DNA of 64,000 nt from Pseudonocardia sp. (GTDB taxonomy: Bacteria; Actinomycetota; Actinomycetes; Mycobacteriales; Pseudonocardiaceae), in contig JBFWRR010000007.1 in NCBI GenBank assembly GCA_050248815.1, positions 5,335 through 69,334 of the forward strand, in the 5' to 3' direction. The stretch's first letter is position 1. Every line of letters begins with the position of its first letter. Positions 28,830 through 37,044 of the stretch are shown here, in pieces. The notes beneath the pieces are model-generated. The model was not told where the DNA came from, ran no database searches, and worked only from the letters and a program-made list of their open reading frames with translations. The translations under genes were made by a program, and so were the position numbers.

Positions 28830-29008
28830 ACCGGCCGCGGGGGAGCTCCTGGCGGCACGCACCGTGGAGCGTGCATCCTGGCGGCGACCGACCAGCCTGA
28901 ACGCAGTTCCGGCGGAGCGGTCCCGCGATCTGTCCACGTCGTGGCTAGCTGTCCACAGATCGACGATCCGTCCGTCCGGAGTGGTCTCCCGCACCTAGCG
29001 TCCGGGAC

Positions 29009-30055
29009 GTGCGTGAAGCCAGCTTGCGGCTCGCCGCCCTGGTCCGGTGGCGCGTGCCGCCGTGGGGCGGGGACGACGGGCGTGCGACGGGGCCCGGATC
29101 CCGGGCGCCGGGGGCGTCGGTGTCGGCAGAGAGGGTTCGGCCGACGGGTGCTCGGCGCCCACCGGGGAGGTCCGACGGGCGGCCGCCGGAGGGTTCCCGA
29201 CAGCTCGACGGTCCCGGTGCGGATCGGCCCGCGGGTCCGCCGGATGCGCCGGCGGCGGACGGGCCGCGCGACGGTCCCGGTGCGGATCGACCCGCGGGTC
29301 CGCCGGATGCGCCGGCGGCGGACGGGCCGGCGCGGCGCGATCCGCCGACGGTTCCCCTGCCCGTCGTCTCGACCGTCGGGCCTGCGGGCGCGTCCCTGGT
29401 CGGCAGGTTGGGCCGGTGGGTGCGGCGGTTCGTCCCCGCGGGTGCGATCGCGGCCCGCGTGGATCCCGGCAGGCCCGGGGCGACGGCGCTCGCGCTCGTG
29501 GCTGCCGCTGCGGCGCTCGTCGCGGCGGCGGGCGTGTGGCTGGAACGGCCCCGGGCGGAGCCGGTCGACGCGCTGCCTGCCGTCACGGCCGGAGCGCCCA
29601 TCGGGCAGTCCGGTCCGGCGGGGTCGATCGTGGTCAGCGTGACCGGCAAGGTCGCCACACCCGGCCTGGTCACGCTGCCGGACGGGTCGCGGGTCGCGGA
29701 CGCGGTCACCGCTGCGGGCGGGGTGCTGGCGGGGGTCGACCTGACCGGTGTCAATCTCGCCCGGCGCCTCGCCGACGGCGAGCAGGTCGTGGTCGGGGCC
29801 GCCGCTCCCGCCGGGGGTGTCCCGGGATCGGCGGTGCCGGAAGGAGCGGGCTCCGGGCCGGGACCGATCGATCTCAACCTCGCCACGGCCGCCCAGCTCG
29901 ACACGCTGCCGGGGGTCGGGCCGGTCACGGCGGAGCGGATCGTCGAGTGGCGCACACGCAACGGCCCGTTCCGGCGGGTCGAGCAGCTACGTGAGGTGGA
30001 CGGCATCGGGGAGCGGCGGTTCGCGCAGCTGCGAGCGCTGGTGACGGTCTCGTGA
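29009..30055 (+). CDS. comEA: ComEA DNA-binding protein (SLBB plus HhH)
   Basis: VSVTGKVATPGLVTLPDGSRVADA, NLARRLADGEQV, LDTLPGVGPVTA, VDGIG. Confidence 0.93.
   Translation: MREASLRLAALVRWRVPPWGGDDGRATGPGSRAPGASVSAERVRPTGARRPPGRSDGRPPEGSRQLDGPGADRPAGPPDAPAADGPRDGPGADRPAGPPDAPAADGPARRDPPTVPLPVVSTVGPAGASLVGRLGRWVRRFVPAGAIAARVDPGRPGATALALVAAAAALVAAAGVWLERPRAEPVDALPAVTAGAPIGQSGPAGSIVVSVTGKVATPGLVTLPDGSRVADAVTAAGGVLAGVDLTGVNLARRLADGEQVVVGAAAPAGGVPGSAVPEGAGSGPGPIDLNLATAAQLDTLPGVGPVTAERIVEWRTRNGPFRRVEQLREVDGIGERRFAQLRALVTVS
29207..29332. repeat. 63-bp in-frame tandem duplication in the comEA N-terminus
   Basis: GACGGTCCCGGTGCGGATC... starts at 29207 and 29270 (DGPGADRPAGPPDAPAADGP twice). Confidence 0.9.
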
Positions 30056-32976
30056 AGCGATCCTTTCCGCCGGCCCTTCGGGCGGCCGCAGCGCCCGGTG
30101 TGCGGGGCGCGATGGGAAGCCCAGCGGGGCGTGGCGGTGGTGGCGCGAACGCCGGGCCGGGGCGTGACGGTGGTGGCGGCGCCCGGGATCGTCCCGTGCC
30201 CGACGGCGACGTCCCCGAGGTCGCGCCGCCCGACCTCCGGCTCGTTCCCGGTGCCCTCGCGGCCTGGGCAACGGTGCTCGTGGGTCTTGCCGCCGGGTGG
30301 ATCGTGGCGGGCGCCCTGTCGATCGCGGCGGCGGTGGTCGCCGCGGTCGCGGCCGGGGCGCACCGTCCCGGCACCCGCGGGTCCGATCGCCGCGGTGGCG
30401 GGGCGGACCCGCGGGTCTGTAGCGGCGGGATCGAACCCGGAGTGCTCGCCGCCGCGGCCCGGGCACACCGCGCCGCCGACCGGGGACGCGGGCGCGGATC
30501 CCACGGCATCGCGGGGACGGCCCGCGCCCGTCCCGGCCGACCGGGGCTGCTCGCCCGGGCGCTCACCGCCCGCACCGGTGCCGGCGTGCTCGCCGCTGCG
30601 GCGTGCGCGGCTGCTGCCGGCCTGGTCGTCGCGGCGCACGGACTCCTCGTCGCCGTCCACCCGCTCGGGCCCGCTGCCGAGCGGGGCGCCGCGGCGACGC
30701 TGCGCGTGGTGCTCACCGACGATCCGCAACCGGTGCGTGAGGGTGGCTACGGTGCGCAGCCCGCGTCGGCGTCGCGAGTGCTGGTGCGCGCCTCGCTCCG
30801 GGCGGCGGTCGCGGGGGACGGGCAGTGGCGCGCGGGCGGCCGGCTGCTGCTGATCGCCCCTGCCGAGGGCTGGGCGGGCCTGCTGCCGGGCCAGGAGGTC
30901 ACAGCGGAGGGGCTGCTCGCGCCTGCGGGCCGCGCCGACCTCACCGTCGCGGTGCTGCGCGTACGGGGCGAACCGAGGGACGTCACGGCGCCGCCCTGGT
31001 GGCAGACCGGGGCCGGGACACTGCGGGACGGGCTGCGCCGGGCCGCTGGCGTGCTGCCGGAGGCCGAGGCGGGCCTGTTGCCCGGCCTCGCGGTGGGGGA
31101 CACGTCGCGCTCGGTCCCGGAGGTGGAACGCGACTTCCGCACGGCCGGGCTGACGCACCTCACGGCCGTGTCCGGAGCCAACATCGCGATCCTCGCGGGG
31201 GCCGTCCTGGGGCTATTGCGCCTGTTGCGCACCGATCCTCGCTGGGCGGCCGTCGCCGGAGCGCTCGCGGTGGCCGGGTTCGTGCTGCTGGCGCGCCCGT
31301 CGCCGAGCGTGGTCCGGGCCGCCGCGATGGGCGCGGTCGTGCTGCTCGCGCTGGCGCTCGGACGGCGCCGGTCCGCGGTTCCCGCGCTCGCCGCGGCGGT
31401 CGTCGCGCTGCTGCTGATCGATCCGGCGCTCGCCGTCGACCCTGGATTCGCCCTGTCCGTCCTCGCGACCGGGGCGCTCGTGCTCGTCGCCCCGCGCTGG
31501 GTCGCGGCGATACGCGCGCGGGGGGTACCCGCCGGGATCGCGGAGGCGATCGTGGTCCCGGTCGCGGCCCATCTCGCGACGGCACCGGTGATCGCCGGGT
31601 TGAGCGGGGAGATCGGGCTGGTCACCGTCGTGGCGAACCTGCTCGCCGCGCCAGCGGTCGCGCCCGCCACCGTGCTCGGGGTGCTCGCTGCGGTGCTCTC
31701 GCCGCTCGGGGACGCGCCGGCCCGGGTGTGCGCGTGGCTGGCGGGGCCGTCGGTCACCTGGCTGGTGGCGGTCGCGGACCGCGCCGCCGCGGTGCCCGGC
31801 GCGACGCTGCCCTGGCCGGCCGGGATCGGCGGGGGGCTGGCGCTCGCCGCCGTGGTGCTGCTGCTCCTCTACTTCGGGCGGGCACCGCGGCGGCGGGCCC
31901 TGCTGCTCGCCGTCGCCGTGGGGCTCGCGCTGGTGCTCGTGCCCACCCGGGTCGTCCAGCCGGGCTGGCCACCGCCCGGATGGGCCGTGGTGGCCTGCGA
32001 CGTCGGGCAGGGCGACGCCCTCGTGCTGGCGACCGGACGCCCCGGGTGGGTGGTCCTGGTGGACACCGGCCCGGACCCGGGGCCCGTTGATGCCTGCCTG
32101 GACCGGCTCGGCGTGGAGGGGCTCGCGCTGGTGGTGCTGAGCCATCTGCACGCCGACCACGTCGGCGGACTGGCCGGGGCGCTGCGCGGTCGGGCGGTGG
32201 CCGGCGTCGCCGTCGGGTCGGCCCACGAGCCGCGATGGGCGCTGCGGGAGGTCGCGCGGTACGCCGCGGCGGCCGGCGCGCCGCTGGTCGAGCTCACCGC
32301 GGGGCGGCGGCTGGGGTGGCCCGCGCTGACCGTCGACGTCCTTGGGCCCCGCCACGTGCCCGACCTCGTCGATCCCGACGACGGAACGGCCGTCAACGAC
32401 ACCTCGCTCGTGCTGCGGGCGCAGACGCCCGCGGGCAGCGTGCTGCTCACCGGCGACGTTGAGCTCGCCGCCCAGGCGGACCTGCTCGCCGCACCGGCGA
32501 CACTGCCTGCGCTGCGTGCGGACGTGCTCAAGATGCCCCATCACGGAAGCCGCTACACCAGCGCGGAGTTCCTCGCGGCAGTTGCCCCGCGCGCCGTGCT
32601 GGTCAGCGTGGGTGCCGGCAACCGCTACCACCACCCCGACACGCGACTGCTCGACGCCCTCGCCCGCGGCGGTGCGTTGGTGCGGCGCACCGACCAGGCA
32701 GGCGACGTCGCGCTCGCTGTGGGCCCCGGGGGTGCTGGTGGGTCTGGTGGGCCCGGTGGGTCTGGCGGCGCTGGTGGCCCCGGTGGCTTGCTCGTCGTGG
32801 CCCGCGGCGACCCGCTTCCCGCGCCGCGGCGGCGGGCGTCCCGGGCTCGACCGGGTGCGGCACACGTTCCCGGGTACAGGCCTCGCGGCCGGGTTCGCGG
32901 GGGTCCGGTGTATCACGGGTCATGGGCGTGCCTCGCAGGGGTTGCGTCTGCGTCGCAGAGGCTGCAGCCGCTGTGA
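30052..32976 (+). CDS. comEC: ComEC/Rec2 competence protein with C-terminal MBL domain
   Basis: HLTAVSGAN, RAAAMG, CDVGQGD, SHLHADHVGG, TGDVE, HHGS; GTGA overlap with the comEA stop. Confidence 0.92.
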   Translation: MKRSFPPALRAAAAPGVRGAMGSPAGRGGGGANAGPGRDGGGGARDRPVPDGDVPEVAPPDLRLVPGALAAWATVLVGLAAGWIVAGALSIAAAVVAAVAAGAHRPGTRGSDRRGGGADPRVCSGGIEPGVLAAAARAHRAADRGRGRGSHGIAGTARARPGRPGLLARALTARTGAGVLAAAACAAAAGLVVAAHGLLVAVHPLGPAAERGAAATLRVVLTDDPQPVREGGYGAQPASASRVLVRASLRAAVAGDGQWRAGGRLLLIAPAEGWAGLLPGQEVTAEGLLAPAGRADLTVAVLRVRGEPRDVTAPPWWQTGAGTLRDGLRRAAGVLPEAEAGLLPGLAVGDTSRSVPEVERDFRTAGLTHLTAVSGANIAILAGAVLGLLRLLRTDPRWAAVAGALAVAGFVLLARPSPSVVRAAAMGAVVLLALALGRRRSAVPALAAAVVALLLIDPALAVDPGFALSVLATGALVLVAPRWVAAIRARGVPAGIAEAIVVPVAAHLATAPVIAGLSGEIGLVTVVANLLAAPAVAPATVLGVLAAVLSPLGDAPARVCAWLAGPSVTWLVAVADRAAAVPGATLPWPAGIGGGLALAAVVLLLLYFGRAPRRRALLLAVAVGLALVLVPTRVVQPGWPPPGWAVVACDVGQGDALVLATGRPGWVVLVDTGPDPGPVDACLDRLGVEGLALVVLSHLHADHVGGLAGALRGRAVAGVAVGSAHEPRWALREVARYAAAAGAPLVELTAGRRLGWPALTVDVLGPRHVPDLVDPDDGTAVNDTSLVLRAQTPAGSVLLTGDVELAAQADLLAAPATLPALRADVLKMPHHGSRYTSAEFLAAVAPRAVLVSVGAGNRYHHPDTRLLDALARGGALVRRTDQAGDVALAVGPGGAGGSGGPGGSGGAGGPGGLLVVARGDPLPAPRRRASRARPGAAHVPGYRPRGRVRGGPVYHGSWACLAGVASASQRLQPL

Positions 32977-33142
32977 GGCGTGTCCGTCGTCTGCGAGGGG
33001 TAGGGGTGGCCGGTGAGGTCGGGGCGTGCCGCCATGAGCCCGCCGCCGAGCGGTGCACCGCCGTGGGCCGAGCCCCGCTGTCGCGGGGCGCCGCTGTCGT
33101 GGGGCCCGCCGCCGACCGGCGCGCCGCTGCCCGCCGAACGGG

Positions 33143-34423
33143 TCAGCCGCGCCCGGCGAGGGCCTCGCGCACCGCTTTGCTCGTCGATGGCACCGTCGCC
33201 GTCGGGCCGACCTGATCGGACACGGCGTCGAGGGTCTTGAGGCCGTCACCGGTGATGAGCAGCACGGTCTCGGCGTCCGGATCGAGATGGCCCGACGCGA
33301 CGAGCCTGCGGGTGCACGCGACGGTGACCCCGCCCGCGGTCTCGGCGAACACGCCCTCGGTCTGCGCGAGCAGGCGGATGCCCTCGACGACCTGCTCGTC
33401 GCTGACGTGCGCCACCGCACCCCCGGTGCGGCGCACGGCGTCCAGCACGTACGGCCCGTCGGCGGGGTTGCCGATGGCCAGAGAGCGGGCGATGGTGTCG
33501 GGCCGCACGGGCTGGACGACGTCGTGGCCGTCCTCGAAGGCCTTCGCCACCGGCGAGCAGCCGGTGGCCTGTGCGCCGAACACCGTGTACGGGGTGGCGT
33601 CGACGAGGCCGAGCGCGCCCAGCTCCTGGAAGCCCTTGTCGACCTTCGTGAGCTGGGAGCCGGAGGCCACCGGCACCACCACCTGCTCCGGGAGGCGCCA
33701 GCCGAGCTGTTCGGCCACCTCGTAGCCCAGTGTCTTCGAGCCCTCCGCGTAGTAGGGCCGGACGTTGACGTTCACGAACGCCCATTCCTCGTGCTCGGCG
33801 GCGAGTTCGGTGGCGAGGCGGTTGACGTCGTCGTAGTTGCCGTCGACGGCGAGCAGCGTGCCCCCGTAGACCGCGGTGGTGAGGACCTTCGCGCGCTCCA
33901 GCGACGACGGGATGAGGACCACGGAGTCCCAGCCCGCGCGGGCGGCGGCCGCGGCGACGGCGTTGGCGAGGTTGCCGGTGGAGGGACAGCACAGGACGGT
34001 GAAGCCGAGCTCGCGGGCGGCGGCGAGCGCGACGGCGACGACCCGGTCCTTGAAGGAGTGGGTGGGGTTGCCGGTGTCGTCCTTCACCCACAGGTTGCGC
34101 AGGCCGAGGGCGGCACCGAGCCGGTCGGCCTTGATCAGGCGGGTGAGGCCCGGTTCGGTGTTGGGGTGGCGCTGCACGTCCGCGGGGACGGGGAGCAGCT
34201 GCTGGTAGCGCCAGATCGACTTCGGGCCGGTCTCGATGGACTCACGCGTGACGGTGCCGAAGTCGTAGGCGACCTCGAGGGGCCCGAAGCACTGCGGGCA
34301 GGCGAACTCGGCGGCGAGCGGGATCTCGTGGCCGCACTCGCGACAGGACAGGGCGCGGGCCGGACCGAGGTCGAGGGCGGCCGGCGTCGCGGCGGCGGGC
34401 AGGGGGGTATCGGTGAGCGTCAC
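33143..34423 (-). CDS. thrC: Threonine synthase-like PLP enzyme (paralog with N-terminal Zn-ribbon)
   Basis: NPTHSFKDR (PLP Lys), PSTGNLANA, VPVASGS, AETAGG, LITGDGLKT; N-terminal CRECG...CPQC; SD GAGGAG. Confidence 0.88.
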   Translation of the reverse strand: MTLTDTPLPAAATPAALDLGPARALSCRECGHEIPLAAEFACPQCFGPLEVAYDFGTVTRESIETGPKSIWRYQQLLPVPADVQRHPNTEPGLTRLIKADRLGAALGLRNLWVKDDTGNPTHSFKDRVVAVALAAARELGFTVLCCPSTGNLANAVAAAAARAGWDSVVLIPSSLERAKVLTTAVYGGTLLAVDGNYDDVNRLATELAAEHEEWAFVNVNVRPYYAEGSKTLGYEVAEQLGWRLPEQVVVPVASGSQLTKVDKGFQELGALGLVDATPYTVFGAQATGCSPVAKAFEDGHDVVQPVRPDTIARSLAIGNPADGPYVLDAVRRTGGAVAHVSDEQVVEGIRLLAQTEGVFAETAGGVTVACTRRLVASGHLDPDAETVLLITGDGLKTLDAVSDQVGPTATVPSTSKAVREALAGRG

Positions 34424-34433
34424 GGAAGATCTC

Positions 34434-34548
34434 CTCATCTTCCCCGTGGGTCACGGGTCGGAATTGGCACCTGGTTCGCGCACGCGGACACGTGCGACGC
34501 CGGTTGCCGGGGCTTCGTCGGGCCGGTCCCTCTGCCCCTCTGGATGAG
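34434..34548 (-). ncRNA. SAM-I (S-box) riboswitch
   Basis: Minus strand reads CTCATCCAGAGGGGCAGAGGGACCGGCCCGACGAAGCCCCGGCAACC...GGTGCCAATTCC...GAAGATGAG, covering all S-box blocks. The 3' P1 strand overlaps the thrC SD. Confidence 0.95.
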
Positions 34549-34714
34549 CCATATGCGGTTGTGCACCCCGCGAGCCCCCGTGGCCGAACCTGCGTGGCCG
34601 CGGCCGCGGACGAGGCGGGAATGACCAACACGGTACGACACGACGTCGGCTTCTGCCCAGCGGCTCCCCCCGCACATGCGACCTCGCTCACTGCCCGGGT
34701 CCCGGGTCGGCGAC

Positions 34715-34736
34715 TGTCGGGGCGGTGCGCGAGCAT
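34715..34736 (+). promoter_or_regulatory. PafBC/RecA-NDp-like promoter upstream of holA
   Basis: TGTCGG-N10-GAGCAT, then 6 nt to the ATG at 34743. Confidence 0.55.
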
Positions 34737-34742
34737 GGCGAC

Positions 34743-35702
34743 ATGGCGTCCCCGGCACGGCTGCATCTCGTGGTGGGCGAGGAGGAGTTCCTGCTCGAAC
34801 GGGCGGTGGACGCCGTCGTCGGGCAGGTGCGGACGGCCGATCCGGCGGCGGAGCTGCGGCGGTTCCGGACCGCGGAGCTGACGCCGGTCGGCCTCGCGGA
34901 GAGCCTGAGCCCGTCGCTGTTCGCCGAGGCCCGCGTGGTCGTGCTGCTCGCCGCGCACGAGGCAGGCAAGGATCTGACGGCGGCGGTGCTCGGGCACGCG
35001 AGGGACCTGGCCGAGGGGATCGTCCTCGTCGTCGTCCACGCGGGCGGAGCACGCAACAAGGCCCTCGCGGACGGGCTGCGTATAGCCGGCGCGGAGGTCA
35101 CGTCGTGCCCGCAGGTCCGGTGGCCGAACGAGCGGGTGGCCTTCGTGAAGGCCGAGGTCAGACGGCTCGGAGGCCGCCTCGCCTCCGGTTCGGACGAGGC
35201 CCTGGTCGACGCCGTGGGGTCGGACCTGCGGGAGCTGGCCGCCGCCGCGGCGCAGCTCGTCGCGGACACCGGTGGGAAGGTCGACGCCGCCGCGGTGCAC
35301 CGGTACCACCGCGGCCGGGCCGAGGTCCACGGCTGGGACATCGCCGATCTGGCGCTGGCGGGAGACCGCGCGGGTGCGCTCGAGGCGCTGCGATGGGCGC
35401 AGGCGCTCGGGGTGCCGGCGGTGGTACTGGCGGACGCTCTGGCGTCGGGCCTGCGCACCCTCGCGCGGGTGGGCGCCGCGGGCCGGGGGGACCCGAACCG
35501 GCTCGCCGGGCAGCTCGGCATGGCGCCGGGAAAGGTCCGCAGGGCCCAGGCGCAGGTGCGGTCCTGGCACCCGGACGCGCTCGCGGCGGCGTTCCGGGTG
35601 GCCGCGGAGGTGAACGCCGACGTCAAGGGTGCGGCCGCGGACGCCGACTACGCGCTGGAACGGGCGGTGCTGCGGATCTGCGAGGCGCGCGGGAGCCGCT
35701 GA
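34743..35702 (+). CDS. holA: DNA polymerase III delta subunit
   Basis: LHLVVGEEEFL, SPSLF, LVDAVGSDLRELA, DVKG, YALERAV; canonical position before rpsT. Confidence 0.95.
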   Translation: MASPARLHLVVGEEEFLLERAVDAVVGQVRTADPAAELRRFRTAELTPVGLAESLSPSLFAEARVVVLLAAHEAGKDLTAAVLGHARDLAEGIVLVVVHAGGARNKALADGLRIAGAEVTSCPQVRWPNERVAFVKAEVRRLGGRLASGSDEALVDAVGSDLRELAAAAAQLVADTGGKVDAAAVHRYHRGRAEVHGWDIADLALAGDRAGALEALRWAQALGVPAVVLADALASGLRTLARVGAAGRGDPNRLAGQLGMAPGKVRRAQAQVRSWHPDALAAAFRVAAEVNADVKGAAADADYALERAVLRICEARGSR

Positions 35703-35745
35703 CGGGGCCCCGCTCCCGCGCCGAGTGGGCACGGAGTCCGGCTGC

Positions 35746-35900
35746 GGCCTGCGTGGGTGCACGCTCGGCGGGCCGTTCGCGTGCCGGGTGTGCGGTGGGT
35801 CCGGGGCCGGCCTGCGTGGGTGCACGCTCGGCGGGCGCCCGGCTCCGGTGTGCGGCGGGTCCGGCGGCGGCCTGCGTGGTTGCACGCTCCTCGGCCACCC
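35746..35900. repeat. 60-63 bp tandem repeat, about 3 copies, between holA and rpsT
   Basis: GGCCTGCGTGG(G/T)TGCACGCTC at 35746, 35809 and 35869; the intervening segments are similar to each other (GTGTGCGG.GGGTCCGG). Confidence 0.92.
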
Positions 35901-35974
35901 GGCCCGATTGTGCGCGGAGTCCCGTCCGGCTCGCCTGAGCGAGCCCCGGCCAGCGACCCTGCCCGGCCACACCG

Positions 35975-36006
35975 AAACGCCGCGTCACCCGGGGGTGGGC
36001 GGCGTC
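35975..36006 (-). terminator. Probable intrinsic terminator of rpsT
   Basis: Minus strand reads GACGCCGC-CCACCCCCGGGTGAC-GCGGCGTTT just after the rpsT stop, with a short T tail. Confidence 0.65.
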
Positions 36007-36018
36007 AGCGCGAAGGGA

Positions 36019-36285
36019 TCAGACGGAGAGCGTGTTGACGCGCTTGGCCATCGCCGACTTGCGGTTCGCGGCCTGGTTGGCGTGGATGACGCCCTTGCTC
36101 GCGGCCTTGTCGAGGGCCTTCGCGGCGTCGCGCTGGAGCACGACGGCCTTCTCGGTGTCGCCGGCCTCGGCGGCCTCGCGGAACTTCCGCACGGCGGTAC
36201 GGACCGCGGAGCGCACCGACTTGTTGCGCTGGCGGCGCTTCTCGTTGGTCTTGACCCGCTTGATCTGGGACTTGATGTTGGCCAC
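36019..36285 (-). CDS. rpsT: 30S ribosomal protein S20
   Basis: [10 protein letters not shown]...[20 protein letters not shown]. Confidence 0.99.
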   Translation of the reverse strand: MANIKSQIKRVKTNEKRRQRNKSVRSAVRTAVRKFREAAEAGDTEKAVVLQRDAAKALDKAASKGVIHANQAANRKSAMAKRVNTLSV

Positions 36286-36394
36286 GCGACTGCCTCGAGT
36301 TCTTCCTGCTGTAGGTCCGGGTACGGCTCCGGCGGCGGTGTGGTCACGCCGGGCGCTCGACGGACCATCCTACAGAGGCCCGCAGCGGCCCCCC

Positions 36395-36847
36395 TCACCA
36401 CGTCCGGTAGGGCAGGAACTTGCCGTTCAGCACGATGCGGACGCGGTCGCCCTTGGGGTCGGGAACGCGGGAGAGGTCCATCTCGAAGTCGATGGCGCTG
36501 ATGATGCCGTCGCCGAACTCCTCGCGGACGAGCTCGGCGATGGCCCGCCCGTAGACCTGCACCATCTCCTGCAGGCGGTAGACGACCGGTTCGGAGGTGT
36601 CGACGGCCGTCGCGCCGCGCACCGGCGGCAGCAGCAGCGCCTCGACGACCCCGTCGTCCAGTCCGAGGGCCTCGCCGAGGGTGGCGGCCTGCGCGGGGGT
36701 GAGCGTGTGCTGCCCGAGCAGGGCGGTGGTCGTCCACTCGGTGGACATGCCGATCGCGGCACCGAGATCGGCCCAGCGCAGCCCGGACCGGCGCCTGGCG
36801 GCGAGGACGGCGTCGGCGGCCCGGGTGCGGCTCAGGGGGGAGGTCAT
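36395..36847 (-). CDS. cynS: Cyanate hydratase (cyanase)
   Basis: N-terminal HTH-like domain, then EPVVYRLQE, VYG, EEFGDGIISAIDF, GDRVRIVLNGKFLPY. The Arg/Glu/Ser catalytic triad positions are present. Confidence 0.93.
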   Translation of the reverse strand: MTSPLSRTRAADAVLAARRRSGLRWADLGAAIGMSTEWTTTALLGQHTLTPAQAATLGEALGLDDGVVEALLLPPVRGATAVDTSEPVVYRLQEMVQVYGRAIAELVREEFGDGIISAIDFEMDLSRVPDPKGDRVRIVLNGKFLPYRTW

Positions 36848-36893
36848 GGGCCCAGATGGTCGGGGAGGGCGTGCGGTGCGGCAACCGCCTCCT

Positions 36894-36920
36894 GTGAACG
36901 CCGTGTTGCATCGCGGTTCG
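36894..36920 (-). promoter_or_regulatory. Putative GlnR box between cynS and the ATP-grasp operon
   Basis: Minus strand reads CGAAC-n6-GCAAC-n6-TTCAC (AC-n9-AC-n9-AC, 11-bp period). Confidence 0.5.
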
Positions 36921-37044
36921 ATCTGGCCGAGCGATGTCGCTCTGGGTCAGGATGTCGCCCGGGATCGGCGGTCCCGGGCGAGGACGGGTGACGGGGCCGG
37001 GTGTCGGCGGCGAGGAGGTCTGTGATGACGGCGGGTGCGCGCGC

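Noticed and set aside
35746-35900. CRISPR array interpretation of the 60-63 bp repeat (also of 12256-12358 and 1-106)
   Set aside because: The intervening sequences are homologous or absent, there are few units, and there are no cas genes in the window.
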